This document shows positions 9,573 to 18,103 of a stretch of DNA of 64,000 nt, one piece after another. Within the stretch, counting starts at the first letter, position 1. Each line of letters opens with the position of its first letter. The stretch is taken from contig CANFPU010000005.1 of NCBI GenBank assembly GCA_947448955.1, forward strand, positions 5,224 through 69,223, written 5' to 3'. The notes beneath the pieces are model-generated. The model was not told where the DNA came from. It saw only the letters and a list, made by a program, of their open reading frames with translations, and made no database searches. This stretch comes from Burkholderiales bacterium. Its GTDB lineage: Bacteria; Pseudomonadota; Gammaproteobacteria; Burkholderiales; Burkholderiaceae_C. The translations under genes and the position numbers were made by a program.

Positions 9573-10991
9573 TCAATCGGCCATGGCGAGCAGGCGTTTC
9601 GCATTGGCCATGGCCGCAGCGCCCTGCTGGCGCAGCTCGCCAAGCAGCGCCATCTTCTCGGCGTCGTTGCGGTCGACGCCGGCGACCATCCTGCCGAAGC
9701 CGTCGAGGCGGCTCTCGCGGATCCAGTGGCGCATGACCTTGTCCTCGCCCCAGCGCAACTGGTTGGCCAGGCTGCCCATGGTGGCCGCGACATAGCCGCC
9801 CACGCTGCGCGGGAAGGGCACCGGGGTGCACAGCCGGTTCTTCACCGCGTCGTCGTCGAAGTTCGCCTCGACATAGGCGCAGACGGCGGCGCTGAAGCTG
9901 ATCAGCGGCGCCCGCACCAGTTGCGGCAGGATCCTGCCAGGCTGGAACATCGGCGCCATCTCGCGCACCTCCACCGCAGATGCCGTGCAGTCGATGTAGA
10001 GCGTGCCGGCATCCATGGTCTCGCGGCCCTGGTCCAGCACCAGCGCGCCAGCCTCGATGGCCTGCACGCGGCCCTTGCGGATCACCTGCGTGATCTGCCG
10101 CAGCCATTGCACCTCGCCCTCGGACATGGTGGCGTAATGGAACATCCGCGGCCGCTGCGTGCGGTCGATGCGCAGCATCTGGCCGCTGGCCTCCAGGCGC
10201 TCGAACAGGTCGACCGGGTCGGTGGCCTCGGCCATGGCCTTCATCTGCTGCACCTGACCGCCGATGGCATGCATGAAGAACTCCTCGCCGGGCTGGGTGG
10301 TGAGCCGGTTCACCAACCACGCGTCGCGGGGCATCACCCAGCGGATGGCGTCTGGCGACACGCCGCAGTCCAGAAGCCAAACCCCCACGTCCATCGCCGT
10401 CTTGCCAGCGCCCAGGATGCAGAACTGGCCGGGGCGCTCCTGCCCGGCCTGCCAGAGCTGGGTCAGCCCGGTGGGCGTGACCCGGCGCACGCCCGGCGCC
10501 ACGCTGAACTTCGGCTGTGTGGTGGCGGGCACGCTGGGGCTGAACCAGCGTGCGTCGACCACCTTGCGGCGCACCCGGATCTGCGACTCGGCACCCGACA
10601 GCACCGACGCGATGCGGCCCGCGCCATCGGCCATGCCCAGGAAGCGGGTCATCGGCAGGTGGTGCACCCGGCCGCTGGGCAGCAACTGCTGCTGCATCAC
10701 TTTGTGGAAATAGCCGCTCACCTCGACGCCGCTGGCCAGTTCATACAGGCCAGCGTTGTGGCCCACCGTGTCCTTGCGTCCCGAGCCCAGCGCCAGCGAA
10801 TTGACGCCATAGAAGGCTGACGGCTGGTGCAGCGCCACGAACGGATAGGCATCGTTCCAGTGCCCGCCGGGTTTGGCATGCAGGTCGACCAGGGTGATGT
10901 GCGCATCGCCCTGCTGCAGCAGCGTGTCGGCGAATGCCAGGCCGGTGGCGCCTGCACCAATGACGAGGTAGTCGGTTTCAAGCAGGGCCAC
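9573..10991 (-). CDS. NAD(P)/FAD-dependent oxidoreductase
   Basis: Two Rossmann motifs (VIGAGATG, ILGAGKTAMD), PGGHW; GAGG RBS. Confidence 0.85.
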   Translation of the reverse strand: MALLETDYLVIGAGATGLAFADTLLQQGDAHITLVDLHAKPGGHWNDAYPFVALHQPSAFYGVNSLALGSGRKDTVGHNAGLYELASGVEVSGYFHKVMQQQLLPSGRVHHLPMTRFLGMADGAGRIASVLSGAESQIRVRRKVVDARWFSPSVPATTQPKFSVAPGVRRVTPTGLTQLWQAGQERPGQFCILGAGKTAMDVGVWLLDCGVSPDAIRWVMPRDAWLVNRLTTQPGEEFFMHAIGGQVQQMKAMAEATDPVDLFERLEASGQMLRIDRTQRPRMFHYATMSEGEVQWLRQITQVIRKGRVQAIEAGALVLDQGRETMDAGTLYIDCTASAVEVREMAPMFQPGRILPQLVRAPLISFSAAVCAYVEANFDDDAVKNRLCTPVPFPRSVGGYVAATMGSLANQLRWGEDKVMRHWIRESRLDGFGRMVAGVDRNDAEKMALLGELRQQGAAAMANAKRLLAMAD

Positions 10992-11297
10992 GGTGCCTCC
11001 TCAGGGCAAAACAGTGTGGCGCGGCATGCTACCCGACTCGCTTGGCGCAACACCTTGAGCCCACCATGAAACTGGCCACCTGACCGGTGCATGGGGATCT
11101 CGGACCATTTCAGGTTTTGCCGCACCCCCGCCTGCGGCGCAGGACAGCATGCCTGGCGATCGGCGGGCTTTGCCTCCCGGGCGAGCACGCCGTGGTTCGC
11201 GCAGCGGGGCGCCGCTCAAAGTGCGAAACGCCGCTCCGCGGACAGCCAAAGGATCAAGCCACCTGCTTGAAGCCCTTGTCCCGCCGGTTGCACGGCC

Positions 11298-12992
11298 TCA
11301 ACCCGCCAAACTGCCCCTCAAGGCGTCTAGCCAGACCCACACGGCCTGCGCGCCAGGGTCGACATGGCCGACCGCGCGCTGCCCGAGATAGCTGGACCGC
11401 CCCCGCCTCGGCAACAGCGCTGCGCTGTCGAGAGTGCCTTGCGCCGCAGCTGCGACCGCGTTTTGCAAGGCCTGCACCAAGCTCTGGCCAGCGGCCGCAC
11501 CCTGCGCCGCCGGGATCAAGGCGTCGAGCATCGTGCAGTCACCCAAACGGGCACCACCGACCTCGGCGATGCCGACGCTGGCCTCATGCAAAGCGCGCGC
11601 CAGGCCTTGAGCGGCACTGGACGGCCCGGCCTCGAAGACCACCGCCGCGCGCAACAGCCCGATCGAATACAGCGGCCCCGAGGTGCCGCCGACCGCGCGA
11701 CGCAAGGTTGCCGACAGCGCGCGCAGCGTGGCTGCGGTGTCGTGCAGCGGGTAGCCGGCGCACTCGGCCAGCACCGCCCTGGCACCGCGCGCCAAGCTGA
11801 TGCCGAGGTCGCCGTCGCCCACCACCTGGTCGAGCTGCGTCAGCCTGGCCTCGGCCGCGAGCAGCGCCGAGCAGACCGCCGCCAGCATGCTCGCGCTGGC
11901 GTGGCCTGTCGGGCCAGGCTGTGCTGCAGGCTGGGCTGTGCTGGCGCGACCCGGAAAAACCTGCGGCGCGCTGCGCACCGCGCCATGCGCAGCCCCCGGC
12001 CAAGCCGGTGCCTGGGCCGGCGCGTCGAGCGCAGCCAGGCGCTGGTCATCAAGCCGCAGCAGCGTGATCGACACGCCGGCCATCTCCAGCGCGGTGAGAA
12101 AGCCGCCGCTCCACAGCCGTTCGACCCGCAGGCCGAGCGCGCTGGCCTGCGCCACTGCGGCGCGGGTGACGATCGCGATCTCCATCGCCGGTGTGCCGCC
12201 CAGGTTGTTGACCAGCAGCGCAACGCGATCGCCAGCGACCAGCGCAAGGTCCGCCACGATGGCCCCGAGCAGCTGGGCGACGATGGCGTCGGCGGGCTCG
12301 ATCGCGCTGCGCCGGACACCGGCCTCGCCGTGAATGCCCAGGCCGAGCTCGACCTCGTCGGCCGCGAGCTCAAAACCCGGCCGGCCCGCCGCCGGCACCG
12401 TGCAAGGCGTGAGCGCAACGCCCATCGTGCCGATCGCTGCCGCCGCGTCCGCTGCAGCCGCCCGGACCTGGGCCAGCGTGCCACCGGCTGCGGCCACCGC
12501 GCCGGCGATCTTGTGCACCAGCACCGCGCCGGCCAAACCGCGCCGACCGGCATGGTCACCCTGTGCGGCGAGCGCGACGTCGTCGGCCACCACGACCATC
12601 TCGACCGCCCAACCCTCGGCGCGGGCGATTTCGGCGGCCAGGCCGAAGTTGAGCCGGTCGCCGGTGTAGTTCTTGACGATCAGCAGCACACCACCGGGCC
12701 CAGCCACCGCGTGGATCGCGGCGAGCACGGCATCGGTCGACGGCGAGCTGAAGACGTCGCCCACCACCGCCGCCGTCAACATCCCCGGACCGATGTAGCC
12801 CGCATGCGCGGGCTCGTGGCCGGCACCGCCGCCCGAGACCAGCGCCACCTCCCCGCGGGCCTTGATCGCCTCGACGTCGGCGCGCAGCGCAACCTGCTGG
12901 CCGGCCAGCAGCGCGATCTGCGGGTGGGCCATTGCCAGCCCGGCCAGCATCTGCGGCACGATCGATTGGACATCGTTGATCAGCTTCTTCAT
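11298..12992 (-). CDS. Fused DhaK-DhaL dihydroxyacetone kinase family protein
   Basis: Start MKKLIND at 12992; GGGAGHEP, KNYTGD, GIHGEAG (DhaK); GDGDLG, GGTSGPLY, TMLDAL, GRSSYLG, DPGA (DhaL). Confidence 0.92.
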   Translation of the reverse strand: MKKLINDVQSIVPQMLAGLAMAHPQIALLAGQQVALRADVEAIKARGEVALVSGGGAGHEPAHAGYIGPGMLTAAVVGDVFSSPSTDAVLAAIHAVAGPGGVLLIVKNYTGDRLNFGLAAEIARAEGWAVEMVVVADDVALAAQGDHAGRRGLAGAVLVHKIAGAVAAAGGTLAQVRAAAADAAAAIGTMGVALTPCTVPAAGRPGFELAADEVELGLGIHGEAGVRRSAIEPADAIVAQLLGAIVADLALVAGDRVALLVNNLGGTPAMEIAIVTRAAVAQASALGLRVERLWSGGFLTALEMAGVSITLLRLDDQRLAALDAPAQAPAWPGAAHGAVRSAPQVFPGRASTAQPAAQPGPTGHASASMLAAVCSALLAAEARLTQLDQVVGDGDLGISLARGARAVLAECAGYPLHDTAATLRALSATLRRAVGGTSGPLYSIGLLRAAVVFEAGPSSAAQGLARALHEASVGIAEVGGARLGDCTMLDALIPAAQGAAAGQSLVQALQNAVAAAAQGTLDSAALLPRRGRSSYLGQRAVGHVDPGAQAVWVWLDALRGSLAG

Positions 12993-13197
12993 CACGGTTT
13001 CCTCTGTCCTGCTGTTGCGACCGCTGCGCCCACCCCGAGCGGGTGACAGGGTCCTGCGCCATCGAAGATGGTCACCCCCGAAGTCCCGCTCGCATTCACC
13101 AGGACTCGATGCATTTTCAGCGCTTGCTGCGCCAGCGACAGGCCGGAACCTGCGCCGCGCGCCGGCAGCGGGCTTGAGCGGCAGAATCGGCCTGACG

Positions 13198-14259
13198 ATG
13201 CAGCCCGCCAATCCGCCTCTGCCGCTTGCCCGCCGCACCACCTGCCGCACCACCCGCCGCACCACCGGTTGGCGCTGCGAACAAACGCTGTGGCTGGCCG
13301 CCGCCTCACTGCTCACCGCCTGCGGCAGCAACCCGCCCCTGCCAGGGGGCAAAGTGCCGAGGCCGGTCAGCGCGGCCGAGACCGGGCGCGATGGCCCCGG
13401 CGCCAACCCGCCGCCCGACCTGCACCAGGTGCCCAACGCCAACCCCAGGCTCGAAGCGGTTCGCCTCGGCGGCCCCAACAAGCCCTACGAGGTGCTGGGC
13501 CGGTCCTACCAGCCGCTGAGCGGGGACCCGCCACTGTTCGAACGCGGCCTGGCCTCCTGGTACGGCCGCAAGTTCCACGGTCAAGGCACAGCCACCGGCG
13601 AGACCTACGACATGTACGCGATGACCGCCGCGCACAAGACCATGCCGCTGCCGAGCTACGCACGGGTGCGCAACCCGGCCAACGGCCGCGAGGTGGTCGT
13701 CCGCGTCAACGACCGGGGGCCCTTCCACAGCGACCGGGTGATCGACCTGAGCTACACCGCCGCGCTCAAGCTGGGCTTGCTCGGCGGCGTCGCGCCGGTC
13801 GAAGTCGAGCGCATCACCTACGAAGCGATACGCACCGGCGCCTGGCGCGCACCCGCCGGTGGATCGAGCACCGCGCTCGCAACGTTGCAGCAGCCCGAGA
13901 GCAGCGGCTGGCCGGTCGACGACCCGATCGCCGAGATCGCGCGCCGCAGCGCAGCGGCGCCAATCCCAACGCCCGCCCAACCCGCCCAACCCGCCAAACC
14001 CGCCGGCGCCACCGCGCAGGCCGAACCAGGCTTCTGGCTGCAGCTGGGCGCTTTCGGCCAGCGCGATGGCGCGCTGGGTTTGCAGCAGAAGATGGCGCTC
14101 GAAGCCGCTTGGCTGTCGCCGCTGATGGCGATCTTCAACGAGCGCAACCTGCATCGCCTGCAAGCCGGCCCCTACGCCAGCCGGGCTGATGCGACCCGCG
14201 CCGCCGAGCGGCTGCGCGAAACCTTGAGCCTGCTGCCAACGATCGTCGACAGGCGCTGA
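13198..14259 (+). CDS. rlpA: Septal ring lytic transglycosylase RlpA lipoprotein
   Basis: Lipobox LLTAC, GLASWYG, TAAHKTMP, VRVNDRGPF, RVIDLS, C-terminal SPOR domain (LQLGAF). Confidence 0.92.
   Translation: MQPANPPLPLARRTTCRTTRRTTGWRCEQTLWLAAASLLTACGSNPPLPGGKVPRPVSAAETGRDGPGANPPPDLHQVPNANPRLEAVRLGGPNKPYEVLGRSYQPLSGDPPLFERGLASWYGRKFHGQGTATGETYDMYAMTAAHKTMPLPSYARVRNPANGREVVVRVNDRGPFHSDRVIDLSYTAALKLGLLGGVAPVEVERITYEAIRTGAWRAPAGGSSTALATLQQPESSGWPVDDPIAEIARRSAAAPIPTPAQPAQPAKPAGATAQAEPGFWLQLGAFGQRDGALGLQQKMALEAAWLSPLMAIFNERNLHRLQAGPYASRADATRAAERLRETLSLLPTIVDRR
13231..13266 (+). repeat. 3 x 12-bp tandem repeat (YGCCGCACCACC) in the rlpA signal region
   Basis: cgccgcaccacc tgccgcaccacc cgccgcaccacc. 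Confidence 0.85.
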
Positions 14260-14266
14260 GACCGAC

Positions 14267-14308
14267 TTGCCATCATCTCGATCGTAAATTAAACTAACTG
14301 GACTTAGT
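14267..14308 (+). promoter_or_regulatory. Sigma70 promoter with putative autoregulatory operator of vapBC
   Basis: TTGCCA (14267-14272), 17 nt, TAAACT (14290-14295); inverted repeat ACTAA-N6-TTAGT (14293-14308) overlaps the -10 box. Confidence 0.6.
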
Positions 14309-14324
14309 CTTCTGAGACCATTTG

Positions 14325-14570
14325 ATGCTGACCGTCAATATCCACGAAGCCAAGACCCATTTGTCCAGGCTGGTTGAGCAGGCCGTCCAAGGCGAGCCTT
14401 TCGTGATCGCCAGGGCTGGCAAGCCACTGGTGATGGTCTCGGCCTTGATCGACGCGCCACCGAGCCCGGCCAAGCGCCTGGGCTTCATGGCCGGGCAAAT
14501 CAGCGTTCCGGACGATTTCGATCGGATGGGAGGCCTCGAGATCGAACAGCTCTTCGACGGTGCCGCTTGA
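14325..14570 (+). CDS. Phd/YefM-family antitoxin
   Basis: VNIHEAKTHLSRLVE...GEPFVIARAGKP; overlaps the PIN toxin gene by 4 nt. Confidence 0.92.
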   Translation: MLTVNIHEAKTHLSRLVEQAVQGEPFVIARAGKPLVMVSALIDAPPSPAKRLGFMAGQISVPDDFDRMGGLEIEQLFDGAA

Positions 14571-14953
14571 AGCTGCTGCTCGACACGCACCTGCTGCTCT
14601 GGGCCGCCGGCCCCTGCGAACGCCTGTCTGAAGTCGCCCGAGCAATGATCGAGTCACCCGACAACGAGTTGTTCTTCAGCGCCGCCAGCCTTTGGGAGAT
14701 TGCGATCAAACGCGGCTTGGGGCGCGATGATTTTCAGGTCGATGCGCGATCGTTGCGCAGGGCCTTGCTCGACAACGGCTATCACGAACTGTCCATCAGC
14801 AGTGCGCATGTTGTCGCCATCGATGTACTGCCAGCTTTGCACAAAGATCCCTTCGATCGCCTGCTGCTGGCGCAAGCGATGGTCGAAGGCATCACGCTGC
14901 TGAGCGCCGACGCGGTGGTGGCCCAATACCCTGGGCCGGTGCGCAAGGTTTGA
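14567..14953 (+). CDS. vapC: VapC/PIN-domain toxin
   Basis: LLLDTHLLLW, SAASLWEIAIK, HKDPFDRLLLAQA, LLSAD. Confidence 0.93.
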   Translation: MKLLLDTHLLLWAAGPCERLSEVARAMIESPDNELFFSAASLWEIAIKRGLGRDDFQVDARSLRRALLDNGYHELSISSAHVVAIDVLPALHKDPFDRLLLAQAMVEGITLLSADAVVAQYPGPVRKV

Positions 14954-14979
14954 AGGTTCAGAACCACCACCGCTGACGG

Positions 14980-15627
14980 CTAGGCCAGCATCTGCTGGAG
15001 TGCCAGCAAGTGGCAGCTGCTGCCCGCGATGACCCAGAGATGCCAGACCAGGTGGCTGTAAGCCATGCGCCGATCCAGCAGGAAAAACAAGCTGCCGACG
15101 GAATACGCCAGCCCGCCAGCCACCACCAGTTGCAGGCCCAGCTCGGGCATCGCTGCCAGCACCGGCCTGGCCAGCAGTGCCACCATCCAACCGAACACCA
15201 GGTAGAGCCCAGTCGACCAGACCGAGTGCTGCAGCCGATCGGTCAGCTTGAGCGCAACGCCGACCAGCGCGACCGCCCAGACCACCGCCAGCGGCTGCCA
15301 AGCTTGGCCACGCTGGACCTCGCCCAGCGCAAACGGTGTGTAGCTGCCTGCGATGAAGACGAAGATCAGCGCGTGATCGCAGCGCCGAAGTGCCCGCTTG
15401 GCCTTGCCAGCCGGCAACGCGTGGTAGGTCGCCGAGACCCCGTACATCAACACCATCGTGGCGATAAAAACGGTCAGGCCCAGGTGACGCAAAGGGTCGC
15501 GCTCAGGGTCAACCTGGTCGGCCAGCACTGGCATCGCGGCCAGCGCCAGCAGACCGCCCAGCCCATGGCTCGCGGCATTGGCGCGCTCCTCGCGCAAGGT
15601 CTGGCTGGACAATGGATGATCGTGCAA
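14980..15627 (-). CDS. Hemolysin III / PAQR family membrane protein
   Basis: EERANAASHG, SATYH, DHALIFVFIAGSYTPF, HLVWHLWV; about 7 TM helices. Start uncertain (TTG 15627 chosen). Confidence 0.88.
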   Translation of the reverse strand: MHDHPLSSQTLREERANAASHGLGGLLALAAMPVLADQVDPERDPLRHLGLTVFIATMVLMYGVSATYHALPAGKAKRALRRCDHALIFVFIAGSYTPFALGEVQRGQAWQPLAVVWAVALVGVALKLTDRLQHSVWSTGLYLVFGWMVALLARPVLAAMPELGLQLVVAGGLAYSVGSLFFLLDRRMAYSHLVWHLWVIAGSSCHLLALQQMLA

Positions 15628-15845
15628 CTGCGCCCCTCGGCTCGCCACAACAGCGCGGCAGCCTCCGGTCTTCGGCCATGGAAGTGCCAGCTTGAGCCAA
15701 GCTTGCGCCGCGCCGAGACCGCAGTTGCAAGCAGTTGTTCGTTGACGACCCACCCGGGCGCCACCATCGACGAATCGGCGCCGCCACACAAGGTTCTTCT
15801 CTGGTTGCGATACTCCCGGCCTTCGTCTCGACCAGCCTGCAACCC

Positions 15846-17093
15846 TTGACCTCATCCGTTGATTCACGCCAACCTTGGCTGCAGGCTTACCAATCGGTTC
15901 GCCAGCATTCACAGCAACTCACCGAAGGCCTGAGCGCCGAAGACCAGTCGCTGCAATCCATGCCAGAGGCGAGTCCCAGCAAGTGGCACCTGGCCCATAC
16001 CACCTGGTTTTTCGAAACCCTGGTGTTGCAAGCCCATGCGCCAGGCTACCAACCGGTCGATTCGCGCTGGGCACGGCTGTTCAATTCGTATTACGAGGCG
16101 CTAGGGCCGCGCCACCCGAGGCCACAGCGCGGGCTGCTCAGCCGGCCCTCTTTGGCCGAGGTCTGGCAGTACCGACGACAAGTTGACGATGCGATGCAAG
16201 GCTTTATCAACAGCGCCGGCGCCGCCGAATGGTCCGCCGCCGCCGACACGCTGAGATTGGGTCTGCACCACGAGCAACAACACCAGGAGCTGCTGCTGAC
16301 CGACATCCTGCATGCGTTCTCGCTCAACCCCTTGCGGCCAGCCTATGCGCCAGCCCCAGAACGGCTGCCCGACACGACCTGTCCGCCGCTGCGCTGGCGG
16401 TCAATGGCGGGCGGCCCGGTGCAGGTCGGCCACGAGGGCTCGGGCTTTGGCTTCGACAACGAGCGGCCTCGCCACACCTGTTGGCTCGCGCCGCATGCAT
16501 TGGCCTCGCGGCTGGTGACCTGCGCCGAGTACGCCGAATTCATCGCCGACGGCGGCTACCGCCAGGCATCGCTGTGGTTGTCTGACGGCTGGGCCGAAGT
16601 CCAGGCGCGAGGCTGGCAAGCCCCGGCCTATTGGCTGGCAAGGGCCGCCGACGGCAGCCATGGCGACGGCTATGACCACTTCACACTGCACGGCGTGCAG
16701 GCTTTGGACCCCACTGCGCCGGTCTGCCATTTGAGCGCCTACGAGGCCGCGGCCTATGCGGCCTGGGCCGGTGCGAGGTTGCCGACAGAGTTCGAGTGGG
16801 AGCATGCCGCAGCACAGCAATCTGGCGACGGCTCGGCGCTGTTGCAGCAACTCCACGGCGCAGCCTGGCAATGGACGGCCTCGGCGTACACACCCTACCC
16901 GGGGTTTCGGCCGCTGGCCGGGCCTGCCGCCGAGTACAACGGCAAGTTCATGGTCAACCAACTGGTGCTGCGCGGCAGCAGCCTGGCCACGCCCCCCGGC
17001 CATGCCAGGCTGAGCTATCGCAACTTCTTCCCACCCGCAGCGCGCTGGCAATTCAGCGGCTTGCGACTGGCGCGCGACGAGGTCTCGGCATGA
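15846..17093 (+). CDS. egtB: Ergothioneine sulfoxide synthase EgtB
   Basis: DinB-like domain (SPSKWHLAHTTWFFE, FNSYY, iron motif HEQQHQE) plus FGE-like domain (RLPTEFEWE, YNGKFM, YRNFF); start approximate. Confidence 0.9.
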   Translation: MTSSVDSRQPWLQAYQSVRQHSQQLTEGLSAEDQSLQSMPEASPSKWHLAHTTWFFETLVLQAHAPGYQPVDSRWARLFNSYYEALGPRHPRPQRGLLSRPSLAEVWQYRRQVDDAMQGFINSAGAAEWSAAADTLRLGLHHEQQHQELLLTDILHAFSLNPLRPAYAPAPERLPDTTCPPLRWRSMAGGPVQVGHEGSGFGFDNERPRHTCWLAPHALASRLVTCAEYAEFIADGGYRQASLWLSDGWAEVQARGWQAPAYWLARAADGSHGDGYDHFTLHGVQALDPTAPVCHLSAYEAAAYAAWAGARLPTEFEWEHAAAQQSGDGSALLQQLHGAAWQWTASAYTPYPGFRPLAGPAAEYNGKFMVNQLVLRGSSLATPPGHARLSYRNFFPPAARWQFSGLRLARDEVSA

Positions 17094-18052
17094 GCACAGC
17101 CGGCGTCAATCGATCTGAACACGGCGCCGACAGCTTCGGCCATGCGCTGCGCGACGGTCTGCGCAGTGAACCGCGGCGGGTCGAGCCCAAATACTTTTAC
17201 GACCTGCAAGGCTCAGCGCTGTTCGACCGCATCTGCGAGCTGCCCGAGTACTACCCCACCCGCACCGAATTCGCGATCCTGCGCCAGCATGCCGGCGAGA
17301 TGGCTGCGCACATAGGACCGCAGGCCGAATTGATTGAGTTCGGCGCCGGCTCGCTACAAAAAATCCGCTTGCTGCTCAGCGCACTGCAACGACCAGCGCG
17401 ATTCGTGCCGATCGACATCTCGGCCGAACACCTGCACGCAGAGTCGCAGCGATTGGCCGACGAGCACCCCGGCCTGGTGGTGTTGCCGCTGGCGGGCGAC
17501 TTCAGCGCCGATCTGGCGCTGCCACCGCCGGCCCCCGGCAGCGCACGCCGGGTCGGTTTCTTCCCGGGCTCGTCGATCGGTAACTTTGCGCCGGCCGACG
17601 CACTGCTGTTTCTGCGCCGCTGCGCCAACTGGTTGGCCGGCGGCGGCTTGCTGGTCGGTGTCGATCTGGTCAAGCACCCTGCGCTGCTGCACGCCGCGTA
17701 CAACGACAGCCAGGGCGTGACGGCGGCCTTCAACCTCAACCTGTTGGCGCGCGCCAACCGCGAGCTCGGCGCAAACTTCAACCTGTCGGCATTCCATCAC
17801 CATGCCTTCTATGAACCCAAGCAACAACGCATCGAGATGCACTTGGTCAGCGGACGCGATCAATGCGCGCAAATCAACGGCGAGCGCTTCGAGTTTGCCG
17901 ACGGCCAGACCTTGCACACCGAGAACTCGTACAAATACACGGTGACAGGCTTTCAGGCGCTGGCGCGCGCCGCGGGCCTGCTGCCGCAGGCGGTGTGGAC
18001 CGACGCGCAGCGCCTGTTCAGCGTTCACTGGCTGGTCGCGCCTGGGGCTTGA
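17090..18052 (+). CDS. egtD: L-histidine N-alpha-methyltransferase EgtD
   Basis: PKYFYD, LPEYYPTRTE, IEFGAGS, FFPGSSIGNF, AYNDSQGVTAAFNLN, HTENSYKY; ATGA overlap with egtB. Confidence 0.95.
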   Translation: MSTAGVNRSEHGADSFGHALRDGLRSEPRRVEPKYFYDLQGSALFDRICELPEYYPTRTEFAILRQHAGEMAAHIGPQAELIEFGAGSLQKIRLLLSALQRPARFVPIDISAEHLHAESQRLADEHPGLVVLPLAGDFSADLALPPPAPGSARRVGFFPGSSIGNFAPADALLFLRRCANWLAGGGLLVGVDLVKHPALLHAAYNDSQGVTAAFNLNLLARANRELGANFNLSAFHHHAFYEPKQQRIEMHLVSGRDQCAQINGERFEFADGQTLHTENSYKYTVTGFQALARAAGLLPQAVWTDAQRLFSVHWLVAPGA

Positions 18053-18103
18053 CGCAGTGGAAACAATCTAGGCGGCGTCAATCCCCCACAATCGGTGACC
18101 ACG

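Noticed and set aside
15846-17093. Selenoneine synthase SenA instead of EgtB
   Set aside because: No senB glycosyltransferase or selD/senC gene in the window, and the gene is coupled to egtD.
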